From assembly GCF_006345805.1 (NCBI RefSeq), contig NC_043011.1:14210464-14274463 (forward strand): 64,000 nt of DNA. The letters run 5' to 3'. Position 1 is the first letter of the stretch; every line of letters starts with the position of its first letter. The position numbers and the translations under genes are program-made. The stretch is from Octopus sinensis. Its lineage: Eukaryota. Below, piece by piece: positions 25,313 through 38,673 of this stretch. The notes below the pieces were generated by a model. It searched no databases, was not told where the DNA came from, and saw nothing but the letters and a program-made list of their open reading frames with translations.

Positions 25313-25895
25313 AAAAAGAGGGATCAGACAAACCAGCAAATAATGGAGCTACATGTGAAGAACATGGAGAACCACATGGTTTCATTGCATAGTGACGGTG
25401 GTCGGTTTGTATTCTGAGCTTATACACCACACACACACAACACATGGTGATCATTTGAACTTTGTACACATATCAAGACGGGCCAAAAAGTGAAACACAA
25501 ACTGTACCGATTCCAAATAAAGGATAAACAAACAACCGCTAATTAATCGGAACTATTCGACGGGGCAGTAAGCGACAATGCACGCAGCAATTCGTAAAAA
25601 TGTGCTTCATTCATATTACTTTCATTGTTTTTAATAATTTACCTGGAATGTAGTTATGCCGGACACTAACGTGTAATGCATAAGGCCATACAGAAATAAT
25701 ACAATGCTTACATACACACTTATTATATATATATAGATATATATATATATTTGTGAAATATAAAGATGAATATCTTGTAGTAGAATAATCAAAGTTTAAA
25801 CGATACCTTAGTAGCAAAAATCACAGCAGTGAACAGCACGGTTGGAGGTACAACCATCTGGCGTTGCAACGTGCGGTGGTGCGGATAATTGAAAT

Positions 25896-26078
25896 TAAAA
25901 CATTATTGGTGAATTGAAGAAATGGAGCTGAACGCAGATTGAACAGAAATCGTTATTTCATTCACACGTGTTTCGAAAGCACAAATTTGTGCCTTTGAAA
26001 CACGTGTAGAATGAAATAAAACGATTTCTGTTCAATCTGCGTTCAGCTCCATTTCTTCAATTCACCAATAATGTTTTA
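25896..26078. repeat. 183 bp near-perfect loopless palindrome (possible TA-flanked MITE)
   Basis: TA|AAACATTATTGGTGAATTGAAG..GCACAAA|TTTGTGC..CTTCAATTCACCAATAATGTTT|TA. Confidence 0.85.
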
Positions 26079-26102
26079 TATAATATTATATATATATATA
26101 TA

Positions 26103-26434
26103 AGTGTCTTGGGCAAGTGTCTTCTCCTATAGCCTGGCCGACAAAGCCTTGGAGGGATTTGGTAGACGGAAACTGAAAGAAGCCCGTCGTATATATGTAT
26201 GTGTATATATATATAATATATATGCGGTGTGTGTTGTGTGTCTGTGTTGTCCCCCTAGCATTGCTTGACAGCCGATGCTGGTGTGTTTATGTCCCCGTTA
26301 CTTAGCGGTTCGGCAAAAGAGACCGATAGAATAAGTACTGGGCTTACAAAAAGAATAAGTCCCGGGGTCGAGTTGCTCGATTAAAGGCGGTGCTCCAGCA
26401 TGGCCGCAGTCAAATGACTGAAACAAGTAAAAGA

Positions 26435-26436
<2 letters not shown>
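26103..26436 (+). mobile_element. SINE family A lacking tRNA head
   Basis: Begins at CTTGGGCAAGTGTCTTC; intact tail. Confidence 0.8.
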
Positions 26437-26471
<35 letters not shown>

Positions 26472-27015
26472 CTGTATCAAGCAGGGTATTTCACTTCGTC
26501 ATATATGTACAAAGTTCGAAAGCTTGTTCTATATGTATATATAAATGTGTTTATGCGTTTGTGTAACTATATATGCATGTATATAGATGTGTATGTGTGT
26601 ATTTATATGTGTGTGCTTACTTTATCAGTTCTATTGGTCAAACTGCTAACTATGGCTCATAAAGGAGCAAAACAGACAATACTGGTTTTATCCGATGGCC
26701 AAAACATCTGTTTGCTCTCTATCAAATTCTACTCACAAGGTATTGGTCAACCTAAGACTCTGGTAGAAGACAACTTGTCTGAGATGCTGTTTGATGGGTT
26801 GCGAAGCAACATTTTTCACCTTGCATTTTTGGTTCTGGTGAGAAACTCATTAACAGGTGCTCACAAACATATACAACAGAGATACCAGCATCAGGGTTAT
26901 CTAATTCAAGTCTTGTAGTTGTAAAACATGTAAATGCAAAACATAAATATACAGGCATACATAGGATGTAGAATGGTACAACAACAGTTGTATTATAAAC
27001 CAATACTTAAATATA

Positions 27016-27442
27016 CCTATTTTCTTTACTACCCACAAGGGGCTAAACACAGAGAGGACAAACAAGGACAGACAAACGGATTAAGCCGATTACATCGACC
27101 CCAGTGCGTAACTGGTACTTATTTAATCGACCCCGAAGGGATGAAAGGCAAAGTCGACCTCCGTGGAATTTGAACTCAGAACGTAGCGGCAGACGAAATA
27201 CCTATTTCTATTTCTTTACTACCTACAAAGGGCTAAACATAGAGGGGACAAACAAGGACAGACAAACGGATTAAGTCGATTATATCGACCCCAGTGCATA
27301 ACTAGTACTTATTTAATGGACCCTGAAAGGATGAAAGGTAAAGTCGACCTCAGCAGAATTTGAACTCAGAACATCGCGGCAGATGAAATACTGCTAAGCA
27401 TTTCACCCGGCGTGCTAACGATTCTGCCAGCTCGCCACCTTA
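27016..27442 (-). mobile_element. SINE B two-unit tandem array
   Basis: One head plus two ~185 bp units; ~16 bp TSD AATA(C/T)TTAAATATACC. Confidence 0.85.
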
Positions 27443-27734
27443 ATAAACCAATATTTAAATATACCAAGGACACTATATATAGAGACAGACGTGTATACTT
27501 ATATGCATACACGGGTATGTTTAGGTGGAAATATGTGCCTTGTCCACTTTAGGTGGTCATTAAAAACAGGAAAACTAATGCTTCCCACATGCAGGTACAA
27601 TCATATTTTGTAAAAGAAACACAAAGATAGCCCACAATAATTTTTACCTCCAGTCTATTGCTAGTATTTTAAGTTTCTAACTTGGAGAAATGAAAGGTGA
27701 TATTAAGCCTAGCAACATCTGAACACTGGAACAT

Positions 27735-28145
27735 AGGACATGTAAAAGACACCCAGCACACTCTGAGGAGTGGCTGGCATTAGGAAAGGCTGCCGGTGGC
27801 ACGTAAAAAGCACCATCCGATCGTGGCCGTTTGCCAGCCTCGTCTGGCAACTGTGCCAGTGGCAAGTAAAAAACATCCACTACACTCACGGAGTGGTTGG
27901 CGTTAGGAAGGGCATCCAGCCGTAGAAACATTGCCAGATCAGACTGGGCCTGGTGCAGCCTTCTGGCTTCCCAGATCCCAGTTGAACCATCCAACCCATG
28001 CTAGCATGGAAAGCAGACGCTAGACGAAGAAACCAAGCTAAAACAGACAAGTGGAACCTGGTGCAGCCCTCCAGCTGACCAGCTCTGATCAAACTGTCTA
28101 ACCCACGCCAGCATGGAAAACGGACATTAAATGAAGATGAAATGA
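27735..28145 (+). mobile_element. Family D composite
   Basis: Modules plus duplicated terminal segment. Confidence 0.75.
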
Positions 28146-29237
28146 ATTAAGGGTACCGCTTCAGTGTGTGGTCTACCACAGTACCCATAGGCTATGCTGT
28201 GAAATGACCTGATCTAGGTTAGGATTAAACTGTACCCCAAAGTGTAAAAGGTCAAGTAGGTTGCACACTAAAATGGCACCAAATTAAGTCCCATTCTTCA
28301 TGTCTCCACATCATTGGACCCAGAGAGTGAGAGAGAAAAGCACACATCCGTCATATGTGTTTTCCCATTAGTGTATTCCATAACCAACCCACCAGAAAAA
28401 TCTTTGCCTGAAATTACAATGAAAGAAAATGAGATTTCAATATGTAATGAATTATCTTTTATCAAGTGAATCATTCCACTAAACCTTTAATAATTCTCAT
28501 TATTTCGGAAATGAGAACACAAAGATAGGAGGTATATGATGACAGTTCGTAGCCACCATCCCATCTCAAAATGCCTTTCTTTGTTCAAAAAGAAGGCTTA
28601 TTCAATCAAGAATAACCTAGAACTAAAAAAAGTGAGTTTAAAACCTGTGATGTGGCCACACTAGAAAATAAAGTCTTGCTTCTAATTTTTACAACTTACA
28701 CCTATCTAGACAAGAAAAGAGCCTCTACGTGGTCTCTTGATCTGCTAGAAATAGCAGTCAAATCTCTCAAATCACTCCCTCCTGTCTTAAGTAAAGAAAT
28801 GCATACTGGATAGTGTAGTCTTGAATGGATAATGTGCTTCTTTCAGTTTCTTTCTACCAAATTTACTCACAAGGCTTTTGTCAGTCAAGAGCAATGATAG
28901 ATGGCACTTGCTCAAGGTACAATGTAGTGGGGACAGAACCCAAATGCACATGACTGGGATGTTAACTTCTTATGTACAGTGATGCTCATGCCTTTTCTTG
29001 ACATAAAAGTATTTCCTATGAAGTGACAATTTGTTATGATAGCAGAGAGAGAAAGAGAGAGAGCATTATAAACAACCATTTTCAGAAGTTCAAAGGTATC
29101 ACAAAATAAGAGACAAAACAACAGTTTCTGTTTCCACACAAACAGAGGCTAAAACGTTACACCATTGGCTACAAGTGTCATGAGAGGTTCACACCACCTT
29201 CTAAAGTCTACTGTGATGAGCTCATAAGTAATATATA

Positions 29238-29656
29238 GGATCTTTTCGGTTTGAACAGCAGTTTCTTAAAATAATTTCCACATAACTAAACACTTTTAAA
29301 CTTCGTATACTGGTAGAATGTGTTTATAAAACATCTTTTTCTCTTGGCTTTATTGAGAAAATTCTATAGTTTGTAAGATATTTGTTGTTTTTTCTTTAAT
29401 TTCTGCAATTTCAATCAATCACTGACGTCTATTGAGGTAAAAAAAAACATTCTGTGCCGTATGAATATGTCCCTCATTTAAGAAACAGATTGGGTTTATT
29501 TACATTTCTGAAGAAAAGAAGATACCCTTCCCCCCACCCCTAACCCTAACCTTAAAACAGATTGAAATGCAATAGATCAATACTAGGGTCATAATTATGG
29601 GTGACAATTTCATATGACACCGCTAGAAAAAACTGCCGTTCAAACCGAAAAGATCC
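29238..29656 (-). mobile_element. MITE copy 4
   Basis: TIRs; TSD AATATATA/AAGATATA. Confidence 0.9.
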
Positions 29657-29969
29657 AAGATATATCGTCATCTACCCTCAGTCAGTATCTCTAAAAACAT
29701 AGGTGCTTTCAACCTTAGTCTGCTTCAACACAAGCTGACATGAGGTTCAACAAGTACAACAGTTTACATGGAAAAAAAAAGGTTTCTTACATCATCTCAT
29801 GAGTATGAAAATCAGCACAGTGACCCTTTTTTTTTTTTTTCCATTTTGAAAAGAACGTGTTATGAAAACTATCTTTATGTATGTATATGCCTGAATGGTT
29901 AAATTCATATGAATATATAGACATCTTTTTTTCAGTCTTTAGATTGCTGTCTTCAAGATTTTTAGTTGT

Positions 29970-30518
29970 AAAGCTTGGGACTTATTCTAGGAGTCACTTT
30001 GCCAAATCACTAAGGGGACATAAACACACAAACAGCAGTTGTCAAGCAGTGGGAGGGGACAGGCAGATACAGAAACACATAGACACACATACATATATAT
30101 ATATAAGGGCTTCTTTCAGTTTCTGTCTACCAAATCCATTCATAAGGCTTTGGTCAGCCCAAGGCTAAAGTAGAAGACACTTGCTCAAGGTCCCACACCA
30201 TGTGGTTGGAAAGCAAGCTAATTTTTTTTAAAGCCTGATACTTATTCTATCGGTCTCTTTGCCGAACCGCTAAGTTATGTGGACGTAAACACACCAACAC
30301 TGGTTGCCAAGTGGTGGTAGGGGACAAACACACAAAAACACATGCACACACATATATATGACAGACTTGTTTCAGTTTCTGTCTACCAAATGCACTCACA
30401 AGGATTTAGTTGGCCTGAGGCTATAGTAGAAGACACTTGCCCAAGGTTCCACGCAGTGGGACTGAACCCAAAACAATGTGATTGGGAAGCAAGCTTCTTA
30501 CCACACAGCCACGCCTAT
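29970..30518 (-). mobile_element. Two tandem SINE A copies (partial)
   Basis: Family body motifs occur twice. Confidence 0.75.
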
Positions 30519-30934
30519 ACTATTAAAAAAAAACAACTTGCCAGTAGAGCAAAACAACCATGAAACTGTGAACTAATGACACCATAAACCACATAGAAAT
30601 ACCTATTCGATGCATTGTAAGTGACTGAGTATTCCAGACACTTGTATCTGTGATATAATTCTAAGGCAGAAATGGAACAGCGCTACGAGTGATGAAGCTG
30701 ACCCTTCAAATGACAGGCACAGTTTGTCTAAAGGTCTTCTTCTGCCAGTTTCCAAAAATCTAATTTCACAAAGCTAAGTCAGCCCAACATAGAAAATCCT
30801 AGTCCAATGATGACATACAATGGAATACCTGAGAAACAACTCAATCACTGGACTATACTTGTGCTCTATTTTTAGTGTGCATTACATAACACACCTTGAG
30901 TAATTAGATCAAAACACTGTTTTATCATACATTG

Positions 30935-31397
30935 TGCCAGTGGCACTTAAATGGCACCACTCGAGCGTGATCGTTACCAGCGTCGCCTTACTGGCACTTG
31001 TGCCCATGCTAGTAGGGTGCTAAGAGCACCATCCAAGCGTGATCATTGCCAGAGCAGCCAACTGGCTTCCGTGCCAGTGACACATAAAAGGGCACCATTC
31101 AAGCATGATCATTACAAACGTCGCGTTACTGGCACCTGTGCTGGTGGCATGTGTAAAAGGATTCGAGCTAGGTCATTGCCAGTACTGCCTGACTGGCCCC
31201 CGTGCCGGTGGCATGTAAAAAGCACCCACTACACTCTCGGAGTGGTTGGCGTTAGGAAGGGCATCCAGCTGTAGAAACTCTGCCAAATGAAGATTGGAGC
31301 CTGGTGCAGCCATCTGGTTCGCCAGCCCTCAGTCAAAATCGTCCAACCCATGCTAGCATGGAAAGCGGACGTTAAACAATTATGATGATGATGATGA
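30935..31397 (+). mobile_element. Longest family D copy with ~5 tandem modules
   Basis: Repeated GTGCC(G/A)GTGGCAC..AAAAGCACC modules, then conserved end and (GAT)n. Confidence 0.8.
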
Positions 31398-32249
31398 TTG
31401 TATAGGTGCAGATTTTATCATACACTTCATAGGTGCTACATTGTAAAAAGTTTCCTTCCCAACTATATAGATTCTAGTTCAGTCCCACTGCATGGCACCA
31501 CAGGCAAAGCTCTGTGAATTTGGTAGAGAGAGACTGAAAGAAGCCTTGTGTGTGTGTGTATGTATGAGTGAGTGTTACTGTCTCTTTGCCTTAACTTCAT
31601 GTGATGTAAATGTGTGTCACTTTCACGATGCAAGCAGTGTCTTTTGTTTTCAATCTTCTGTGAAAACATGTCTGGCCATGGGGAAATATTGCCATACTTG
31701 GAAACAGATAAGGGTTGACATCAGGGAGGCTATCCTGCTGTAGAAAATCTGGCTTGACAAATTCAATCCATCTCATGCAAGCATGGAAAAGCAGATATCA
31801 AAAAGATGCATAATGATATATAACTATAACATAACGATACACCACATTCAATATTGTATAATATGCAAAAGGTGAGATTTAGTTGTATGGAAAGACCCTT
31901 TATACCACCAGCTTTGCATTGTGAATAAACATCTACTGCTGCATCTACACCCAACATTATTTAACACAGCGATTCGCAATTAGGGGCACATGCAAGCAAA
32001 ATAATAAATTGGATACCCACAGTAGTATATTAAGGGTCCATGAAAAAATTTTGCTTTAGATGTATTTATGGCAAGAAACAGCTGTTACTCTCTCTAACAT
32101 TTTACATGGTTCGATCTACACAAGTAAATATGAGAAAAGCAACATAAGAATTTTGGAAGTATCTATAAAATTAGTTTTTCAACTTCCAGTAGCGATGGGG
32201 GTCCAACCAGAGTAAAATGGGAATCAAAGGGGTCCATAGATAATAAATG

Positions 32250-32637
32250 TGTGGTAAATAGCTTGCTTACCAACCACATGGTTCTGGGTTCAGTCCCACT
32301 GCGTGGCACCTTGGGCAAGTGTCTTCTACTATAGCCTCGGGCCGACAAAAGTCTTGTGAGTGGATTTGGTAGACAGAAACTGAAAGAAACCCATCATATA
32401 CATGTGTCGTATACATATATATATGTATGTATGTGTGTGTGTATATGTTTGTCCCCCAACATCGCTTGACAACCAATGCTGGTATATTTATGTCCCCGTA
32501 ACTTAGCGGTTCGGCAAAAGAGACCGATAGAATAAGTACTAGGCTTACAAAGAATAAGTCCTGGGATTGATTTGCTCGACTAAAGGGCGGTGCTCCAGCA
32601 TGACCGCAGTCAAATGACTGAAACAAGTAAAAGAGTA
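32250..32637 (+). mobile_element. SINE family A
   Basis: Near full length; abuts a hAT-like MITE remnant at ~31970-32240. Confidence 0.85.
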
Positions 32638-33084
32638 GCCACTGATTTAACCCAACGCCTTCTTTTAACACTAATTACACTGAGTACCTAGTTTTATCAC
32701 ATGACATGAATTGAAATTTATCATTGTTTACATAACACACCTAGATGATGCATTTTACACTACACAATCCACCTGCCTCTCTAACACAACACACCTTTCT
32801 GTATTACACAACACATCTAGTTATCTATTTCTACTACATAATAGAGGTCTTCATTGCACAACAAAACCTAAGCAAACAAAGCAGCTTCTTCATAGTTGTG
32901 CATTTTGCTAGAGATAGCTGCCAAATATCCCTTTAAAATCATATCTCATTATCTTTAAAAAAAAAAGGTAGGACAAATTGTGTAATGTATTCTGAGGTAC
33001 ACAATGCCTTAAAATGGGTTGCTTGGTTACAGCTGGGTCAGGATTGTCTTGAGACTTAATCAAGAATATTGACGCGTAGAAGCA

Positions 33085-33312
33085 CCAACCGATCGTGGCC
33101 GATTGCCAGCCTGCTCTGGCCCCTGTGCTGGTGGCACATAATAAACACCCACTACACTCACGGTGAGGTTGGCGTTAGGAAGGGCATCCATCTGTAGAAA
33201 CATTGCCAAATCAGACTAGAGCCTGGTGCAGCCTCCATGGCTTACCAGACCCTGGTCGAACCGTCCAACCCATGCTAGCATGGAAAACGGACATTAAATG
33301 ATGATGATGATG
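33085..33312 (+). mobile_element. Family D copy
   Basis: Conserved end and (GAT)n tail. Confidence 0.8.
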
Positions 33313-33721
33313 AACACTACACTTGTCTGCATTTCACATATGATGTGTGTGTGTGTGTGTAGGTAGACAGACAGGCAGATAGATATTTCTACATACAACT
33401 GGTGTTCTTTTGAAAACTTGAAAACTCCTTGAAGAGGAGATTGTGTGTGTGTGTGTGTGTTATGAAATTGTTGCTAACAAAGAGAGATACACACAATGAT
33501 GTCAGTTCTATGTAGAAATCGGCAGAACAGGCTCTCTGCCCCATTAGCAACTTGCTCTGTTTCTGTAAATACTCAAACACCAACACTGTTGTGATAGGAA
33601 ACAGCATGCCATTCAGTAATTAGCACTAATTGATTAGACCGTGCAAGTACGCTTTTGTTTACGTGTTCCGACAGGAAGTCAATGCTAATCTGGCACCTTG
33701 TGCTTTATGTCCCTACATAGC

Positions 33722-34198
33722 ATGTGTGTGTGTGTGTGTGTGTGTGTGAGTTTGTGTGTGTGTGAGTTTGCGTGTGTGTGTGAGTTGTGTGTGTGTGTGT
33801 GTGTGTGTGTGAGTTTGTGTGTGTGTGTGTGTGAGTTTGGTGTGTGTGTGTGTGTGTGTGTGTGAGTTTGTGTGTGGTGTGTGTGAGTTTGTGGTGTGTG
33901 TGTGTGTGTGGTGAGTTTGTGTGTGTGTGGTGTGTGTGAGTTGTGTGTGTGTGTGTGTGTGTGTGTGTGAGTTGTGTGGGTGTGGTGTGTGTGAGTTTGT
34001 GTGTGTGTGTGTGTGAGTTTGTTGTGTGTGTGGTGTGTGTGTGAGTTTGTGTGTGTGTGTGTGAGTTTGTGTGTGTGTGTGTGTGTGTGTGAGTTTGTGT
34101 GGTGGGTGTGTGTGTGTGAGTTTGTGTGTGTGTGAGTTTGTGTGTGTGTGTGTGAGTTTGTGTGTGTGTGTGTGTGTGTGTGAGTGTTTGTGTGTATG
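33722..34198. repeat. Long (TG)n tract punctuated by GAGTTT
   Basis: ~475 bp, directly visible. Confidence 0.9.
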
Positions 34199-34276
34199 CG
34201 TTTTTGAATGCAATCATTTATAAAGAATTGCCTAAACTCACTAGCATATTTTCAAACGATGTTGTTTATTACTCAC

Positions 34277-34411
34277 GACTTCAATTCTGTCTGGAAATAA
34301 TGACAGCCGGGAGAGGGCAAGTGCCCGAACGGGAAGATGATCAGGGTCTTCCTCATCCTCCTTAGGTGACGGCACTCCATCCCCCTTTGGTGTGGTATCT
34401 TTGTTTACATT
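34277..34411 (-). CDS. Internal coding exon of an unidentified gene: NVNKDTTPKGDGVPSPKEDEEDPDHLPVRALALSRLSLFPDRIEV
   Basis: 135 nt, phase 0-0, open frame, acceptor TTCATCGTTTAG|, perfect donor |GTGAGT; non-repetitive and GC-richer than flanks. Confidence 0.55.
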
Positions 34412-34598
34412 CTAAACGATGAATTTTTAAACAATTTTTTTCTTATGGTACAATGAACTTTGCCTCTTTTGCGCTTATTGTATATATATATATATATATA
34501 TATACACCCCAACATGTTTGTTTATTATCATTTTGTGTATCATCATTTTCTGTGGCCAATAAAGAGTAGTAGTAATAGTAGTAGTAGTGGTGGTGGTG

Positions 34599-34640
<42 letters not shown>

Positions 34641-34719
34641 TGATCATATATACATACATATGCGTATACACACACCAGTAAACACAAATGCAAAACAAGG
34701 TGGAAAAAAAGTAGTACTC

Positions 34720-34830
34720 AAATACCCAAGGTAGAGTAATATGCTTTTATTAAAGCTGCGAAAATCTTCACAAATTGTTACTCGGAGTTTCACGTTGCCT
34801 TTCTTAGGACAGTCGTAATTATACTGAATT
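34720..34830 (-). mobile_element. Second Penelope-like terminal remnant with decayed hammerhead-like motif
   Basis: CTGT-CCTAAGA-AAGGCAACGT-GAAA-CTC C GAG-TA-ACAA at 34776-34812. Confidence 0.35.
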
Positions 34831-34843
34831 AAAATTGTGATTT

Positions 34844-34898
<55 letters not shown>

Positions 34899-34943
34899 GA
34901 AGGAGCTTACTTACTGTGGTTAACCCCGGATCAACCCGGGACC

Positions 34944-35001
<58 letters not shown>

Positions 35002-35916
35002 AACATACACATATAAACTGGAGTATAAAACTAGACCATATACATATGTAAACTGTAGATGCAAACAGCATCATGCTTCTCGTGGAAAGATTTAGTTGTG
35101 GATGGTGTTTACAAATTCTAGATAACAATTAATCAAACGACTATAATATATAATAAAAGTAATATGTACGTGTGTGTGTGTGATTTATTAAGGAAGCTGC
35201 AATGGGTGGAAAAGGAATGTGGCCATCTGCTACTGCAATCGAACGACAATATGCATGCGTGTGTATATATGTGTGTGTATGCACGTATGTATGTGGTGTA
35301 TCTGAAGTGTATGTATGTGGTGTATCTAAAGTGTATGTCGTGCGTGCGCCAGTGTGCCGCACTGTTGAACAAACAGAGAACAGCTCCGTCGCCATCGACA
35401 AATATACCGAGATTTGCTCAGGGATCATTAAAAAAAAAAAAAAAAGAAGCAAGTTGTGTTATTTCCGACTTATTCATACATAAAAATTCACTTTTGAGCG
35501 ATTATTATTTTCTTTTTTATATATTTTACTTTATTTTATTCATATATTTTTATTTCTTTTAGTTTTTTTTTTTGCGCCTGTGCTCTTTGTAAAGCGCGCG
35601 TGTGTATGCGTGTGCCTGACAATACGATTTACATTAGGGAACAGGTGCTAACAACATACAGGTAATTGTGTTAACGTATGTCATCAGTAGACAATAAACA
35701 CAGGAGTGAAGAACAGGTTTCAAGGTAGAAAACGTATTTAGACAGGCTTGTTCTTATTTCTTTATCGCTTCAATCGACATTACGTCAGTATTAGAGAAGA
35801 ATCCTGATAATATGGCAGATCCAATAACCAAACATTATAAATTTCTTCACTTGTTGGCTGACTTTTTATCATATCACTAATAATAATAATAATAAATAAT
35901 AATAATAATAATAATA

Positions 35917-36309
35917 ATTCTTTACTGCCCACAAGGGGCTAAACACAGAGAGTACAAACAAGGACAGACAAAGGGATTAAGTCGATTACATCGACCCCAG
36001 TGCGTAACTGGTACTTAATTTATCGACCCCGAAAGGATGAAAGGCAAAGTCGACCTCGGCGGAATTTGAACTCAGAACGTAACGGCAGACGAAATAACTA
36101 TTTCTTTATTACCCACAAGGGGCTAAACATAGAGGGGACAAACAAGGACAGACATCGAACCCAGTGCGTAACTGGTACTTAATTTATCGACCCCGAAAGG
36201 ATGAAAGGCAAAGTCGACCTCGGCGGAATTTGAACTCAAAACGTAACGGCAGATGAAATGACGCTAAGCATTTCGCCCGGCGTGCTAACGATTCTGCCAG
36301 CTCGCCGCC

Positions 36310-36312
<3 letters not shown>
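35917..36312 (-). mobile_element. SINE B two-unit array within (AAT)n
   Basis: Head plus two units; (AAT)n on both sides. Confidence 0.85.
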
Positions 36313-36345
<33 letters not shown>

Positions 36346-36769
36346 TGTCTCTTGATTTATTAAAACATTTTCAGAGTTTTGCTTTCAATAAAATCAAAGC
36401 GATGAGAGTCGTTAGAAAACGATGGAATCAATTTTCTCTTTTGTCTGCCCTCTCCGCCACACGTCACTGCTCACCGAATGTTTTTTTGCTATTTATGTGT
36501 TGTATGTGAAACATTATTGCATTTGTGTTAATATTGAATTAAATAGCTGTACTACTTGATTCAAAAACACTTTCCAAACAAATCGGTCTGCGGTCAATGA
36601 CCTGTGGGAAACAGAAACCAAATCTTCCACGTTATTCTTAGATAAAGAAAGTACATATTAGATAGATAACATAATCGTGCATAGTCCTAAAAAGACGTGA
36701 TGGTCACAGCTAGAATGCATTTGACCCTACATCAGAGTTGATTTGGAGCTGGACAACAACTTCAATATT

Positions 36770-36990
36770 GGTTTCAAACTGTGGCACAAGGCCAGCAATT
36801 TCGAGGGAGGGGCTAATTCGATTAAATGACATCAGTGCTCAACTAGTACTTATTTTATCGACCTCGAAAAGGGTCAAAGGCGGAGACGATCCCGGCGGCA
36901 TTTGAACCCAAAACGTGAAGACGGACGAAAAGCCGCTAAGCATTTTGCCCGGCGTGCTAACGAGTCTGTCAAAGCTTGCTGCCTTAGTGT
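36770..36990 (-). mobile_element. SINE B, (ATT)n-tail type
   Basis: Diverged head and central domain. Confidence 0.7.
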
Positions 36991-37343
36991 TGTCGAAATA
37001 AAACCATTCCAATAGAGGATCGTGAAAAGAACAGCTTCATATGACCAATATTATTTTGCAATTCTTTTGACAGCATCAATTCCCTTCTCACTTATCTTCA
37101 CAATTGGAAGAATAAAATCTGTAACGACCTGTACTTATAATAAATGAACAGAGGGGCTACCTCACACTTAACCCGGGGTAAGCCGCCAGCTTTATCACAA
37201 ACAATATTCCTATCTCAAGCATCTACATTTCCTAAATATGTAAATAAATGAACTGGAACAAAACGTCCAATTCAGCCACGACGAAATAGAAGTAGCTGTT
37301 TGTGAGTGGACCCTGTCTGTTCTATGAGACCCAGAACCTAAAC

Positions 37344-37546
37344 CAGTGCTTTTCAACCTTTTCGCTGGAGCGGAACCCCAAAGAAACATTCCACTGGCTC
37401 GAGGAACCCCTGTGCAATAATTTAATTGTCTTATATGCACACATATTTGCACAGGAGAATTAAAAATTACTGTCGATTTTAGCATTTTTGTAACTTCTTG
37501 CGGAACCCCTGGACTGTACTGGCGGAACCCTGGTTGAAAACCACTG
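37344..37546. mobile_element. hAT-type MITE
   Basis: TIR CAGTG(C/G)TTTTCAACC; perfect 8 bp TSD ACCTAAAC. Confidence 0.9.
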
Positions 37547-37990
37547 ACCTAAACTCTCGTAAGTACTAAAACGAGTACATTTGTTAGGTTAATTAAAGTA
37601 AAGGTATACAACAAATTATGGCAACCTGTGGAAGAAGCCTTAATTTAATGCTTCAACGTTGTACCTTCCCAAACTGATGAAACGATACCTTTATCGGATT
37701 TGATTGGGGATAATTAACATGCACTGTAGAACTGTAGATGCTTTAAATTATCACTTTAAAAGCGGTCGAGATAGGAAGAAAGTGTACAGCGGCGAACAAG
37801 TAAGATTTCAGCTTATAGTTACATCCTTCGAAATCCCGCCGAGTTCGAACCCTAGCAGTCTTAGTCTTTCAATCCTTATCATTTCATCCTTTCAGGATCG
37901 ATAAAATTCAGAACACTGAGTTCGATGCAAACAACTATACAAATTTGTGAGATTGTGTTATATATATAATAGTGGTTTTATCTCTAATTC

Positions 37991-38031
<41 letters not shown>

Positions 38032-38623
38032 TCGTAACAAAGCTAATTCTGAAGAAATTATAGAATTTGAGATTTCAACCTATGAAACCTCAAATCAAAG
38101 CTTGTAATTCGCGACGGCACGTATCTACCCCTTCCTTCTCGTTGTATGGGCCCTCTTGATTGAGTTCTTCAACGTAACAATATCGCAAACTAGTCTTCGA
38201 TAAATAGTTGCAATTAAAGAACATAATTAGCGAATGCAAATATGTCGGGATCAAGCTAACAATGAAGTCTCTATATGGCCACGTTACCTGCTAGAAATAA
38301 CAGCCAAAACTCATTCAAACGACACCCCACCATCACCGTCTTAGAAAAGGTGCAATGAGGTTCTGGATTCCTTGGGCACAGGAAAAAGACAGGGTGGTCG
38401 ATAGGGGAGTCTTTGTTTCCAGGTCTGCTTCGTCAGTGATGACCCAGGGCTACACAATAAAAACTGTCGGTATTATGAAAATAACTTTTTGTAAGGGTTC
38501 GGAAAACGAATTCCCAATCAATACAAATATTTAATATTGACCTATATAAAAATGATTTTTGTCTCAATATATCCGTATGTATATATATACAGGTATGTGT
38601 GTATAATGTATTCATGTATGTGG

Positions 38624-38673
<50 letters not shown>

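Noticed and set aside
30603-30660. Phase-compatible next exon NYITDTSVWNTQSLTMHRI
   Set aside because: It appears to lie within a repeat-derived segment; the chain through 29210 and 28407 needs weak donors.
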